From the NCBI RefSeq assembly GCF_021028975.2, contig NC_059426.1:118420001-118484000 (forward strand): DNA of 64,000 bases, given 5' to 3'. This document shows, one piece after another, positions 62,787 through 64,000 of this stretch. Under the pieces are notes generated by a model. It did no database searches, had not been told where the DNA came from, and saw nothing but the letters and a program-made list of their open reading frames with translations. The first letter of the stretch is position 1; each line of letters begins with the position of its first letter. A program made the translations under genes and the position numbers. This DNA comes from Sphaerodactylus townsendi. Lineage: Eukaryota.

Positions 62787-62972
62787 CAGTGGTTCTCAAC
62801 CTTCCCAATTCCACGACCCTTTAATACAGTTCCTCATGTTGTGGTGACCCCCAGCCCTAACATTTATTCATTTTACAGATGGAGAACACTGATGCAGAGA
62901 GTCTTAGGCGGCCCCTGTGAAAGGGTCGTTTGACCCCCAAAGGGGTCCCGACCCACAGGTTGAGAACCACTG
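62787..62972 (-). mobile_element. SPIN-like (Space Invader) non-autonomous hAT, 186 bp
   Basis: Minus strand CAGTGGTTCTCAACCTGTGGGTCGGGACCCCTTTGGGGGTC...GGTCACCACAACATGAGGAACTGTATTAAAGGGTC; TSD TGCTAGAG (62779-62786, 62973-62980). Confidence 0.85.
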
Positions 62973-63358
62973 TGCTAGAGTGAGACAGAAACCTCAAAGA
63001 GAGGCATCCTGGTAACAGGTGGGAATGACTTTGGACTGTTTAATACGTTATTTTTTTCTTGAGCCCAAATACCACATTTCAGAGCTCCATCATGGGTTTC
63101 TAAAGGTTGTAGGTCAGCTCAGGAAAAAATTAGCTATTTCCAGTTTGTATTACCCAGTTCTCAATCAAGCTGCATGGAATTTGTTCATTAGTGATACACC
63201 ATCCAGTTTTTTCTTTTCAAGTAATTTGATGAACCATTTCCATCCTTTGAGATAATTTCTTGTTGCATTGTTCCTGTTTGTGTAAAGTATCCACACTCTG
63301 CCTTTCTTCTACAAAATACAACGTTCATCAACTATCTGAGTCTTTCTTGTCTTTACAG

Positions 63359-63439
63359 AGCTCCAAGCCACGCCTAGATTGTCTTGTGGAAGTGTACAGA
63401 AGTTGCCAAGAAATCTTGGAGCAAAACAAGAAATCTTGA
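63359..63439 (+). CDS. PIGH: PIGH exon 4 (SSKPRLDCLVEVYRSCQEILEQNKKS*)
   Basis: tttacag acceptor; TGA 63437-63439. Confidence 0.92.
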   Translation, partial: SSKPRLDCLVEVYRSCQEILEQNKKS

Positions 63440-64000
63440 TATTGACCTGTAACATGAAATCTTTATCAAGGTAGCCACATTGCCAAGATTTTTTTTTAAA
63501 TATGCAGGATGGCAAACATTAACATGAACTTGAATGTGTGGATAACTTGATGGAAATGGATTCTAATGGACCAGAGAACTGAAAATTGCAATTGTGCTTT
63601 GGGCAAGGACTGAACATACTGTCTTGGAGAAACATTGGGAAAAATTCTAAACCAGAAACCAGACTCCATCTATTCTTGGTCAACATGATGTTGGAAGAAA
63701 CTCAAGAATAACTTTCTTTTCTGTTAAAAATTAACTCTGCCTGAGTGAATGGAAATCTACAAGGAAAGTTCAGCAGAAAGGGATGAGTATTACATAACAT
63801 CTTGCTCCTCTTCCTAGTGGAAGTAGATGAAAGAAGAGAAGCTGGCAGCAGCATTAAACTGTTTTCTGAGGGCTGAACATTGTTTCATGGAACCTGCTTA
63901 TGTCTATCTGATACACCTATCACATATGCAGGCTTGTCATTAGGATTCTGTCATTGTTATTGTGTGATCAAAATGCTAGATTCTCGGGTTTCTTTCAGAA

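Larger units (their letters stand above)
53319..63439 (+). other. PIGH: PIGH (GPI-GlcNAc transferase subunit H), 184 aa; CDS join(53319..53498,56295..56504,57920..58003,63359..63439)
   Basis: 555-nt intact CDS, all phase-0 GT-AG introns; two TM segments; synteny with ARG2. Confidence 0.94.

Overview
Eukaryotic (vertebrate) genomic DNA. The repeat content (Sauria/Squam-type SINEs, 5S-derived SINEs, SPIN-like and other hAT MITEs, CR1/L2) suggests a squamate, probably a gecko-like lizard; this is an inference. The window holds the conserved block ZFYVE26 (last 4 coding exons, +), a single RDH12/RDH11-type retinol dehydrogenase (7 coding exons, -, one GC-AG intron), VTI1B (6 exons, +), ARG2 (8 exons, -) and PIGH (4 exons, +). 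I resolved exons by hand from splice signals and reading-frame continuity. The four complete genes are intact (320, 231, 357 and 184 aa). Most ORFs in the supplied track are spurious or partial exons. Introns are rich in DNA-transposon derivatives with intact 8-bp target-site duplications. Highlights: a hAT element nested at the symmetry centre of a palindromic MITE; a MITE core carrying the ZNF143/THAP11-type motif ACTACAnnTCCCA on three different terminal-repeat types; a SPIN-like element; a CpG-rich TIR element containing a probable Rex1 LINE tail; a solo LTR; and a Penelope-like fragment with a degenerate hammerhead core. I found no clearly new gene or system; the most notable signals are in transposon architecture and convergent 3' ends.
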